From Geobacter sulfurreducens PCA (GTDB lineage Bacteria; Desulfobacterota; Desulfuromonadia; Geobacterales; Geobacteraceae): a stretch of 32,000 nt of DNA. Shown here piece by piece: positions 31,880-32,000 of the stretch. Both the position numbers and the translations under genes were made by a program. The stretch covers positions 3,540,001 through 3,572,000 of the forward strand of contig NC_002939.5 of NCBI RefSeq assembly GCF_000007985.2. The letters are read 5' to 3'. The notes beneath the pieces were generated by a model, which saw only the letters and a list, made by a program, of their open reading frames with translations, was not told the DNA's origin and ran no database searches. Positions within the stretch are counted from its first letter, which is position 1; each line of letters starts with the position of its first letter.

Positions 31880-32000
31880 ATGAAAGTCCTCATGGTTGCA
31901 TCCGAAGTGGCCCCCTTCGCCCGGACCGGCGGACTGGCCGAGGTGACTGCGGCCCTGCCCGCGGCCTTGCGCCGGATGGGACACGACGTGCGGGTCATCA
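31880..32000 (+). CDS. glgA: glycogen synthase, 5' partial (runs off the window)
   Basis: My own translation is [40 protein letters not shown], which has the canonical GlgA N-terminus (K/R)TGGL(A)(D/E)V. Confidence 0.85.
   Translation, partial: MKVLMVASEVAPFARTGGLAEVTAALPAALRRMGHDVRVI

Overview
High-GC (about 60%) chromosomal window whose gene content looks Geobacter-like (Desulfuromonadales); the taxon is an inference. From left to right there are five blocks. (1) An accessory-looking cassette (421..10314) holds two paralogous large multiheme c-type cytochromes. They flank an oppositely oriented cytoplasmic PAS histidine kinase and a NarL/FixJ response regulator. (2) A housekeeping block on the minus strand carries rpmA, rplU, a small Rieske protein, RNase G and a radical SAM fusion protein. 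(3) Next come a small sigma-54-type secreted Lys/Ala/Glu-rich protein, two tandem small secreted paralogs, family-B DNA polymerase, a 2-Cys peroxiredoxin, a ferredoxin-like protein and a YgbA_NO-like protein. (4) Then pcnB, a DUF523/DUF1722 protein, and a GAF histidine kinase with a CheY-like regulator. (5) Last is a glycogen-type operon: NDP-sugar pyrophosphorylase fused to a PMM-like domain, GH57, a GalT-like gene and the start of glgA. The main finding is that each cytochrome is split in the ORF track by a single in-frame TGA. A conserved 16-nt hairpin lies exactly 10 nt downstream of each TGA, with a compensatory base-pair change between the paralogs. This is the signature of selenocysteine insertion and would give two about 1135-1195 aa Sec-containing octaheme cytochromes. 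Secondary observations are gene conversion of the cytochrome 3' ends, a CX5CH motif, a five-Cys PAS sensor, conserved upstream islands, a UAS-IHF-sigma-54 promoter, an inverted-repeat-bounded 142-nt intergenic element and a degenerate PMM-like domain. I found no rRNA, tRNA, CRISPR array or transposase. Many long antisense shadow ORFs are rejected.
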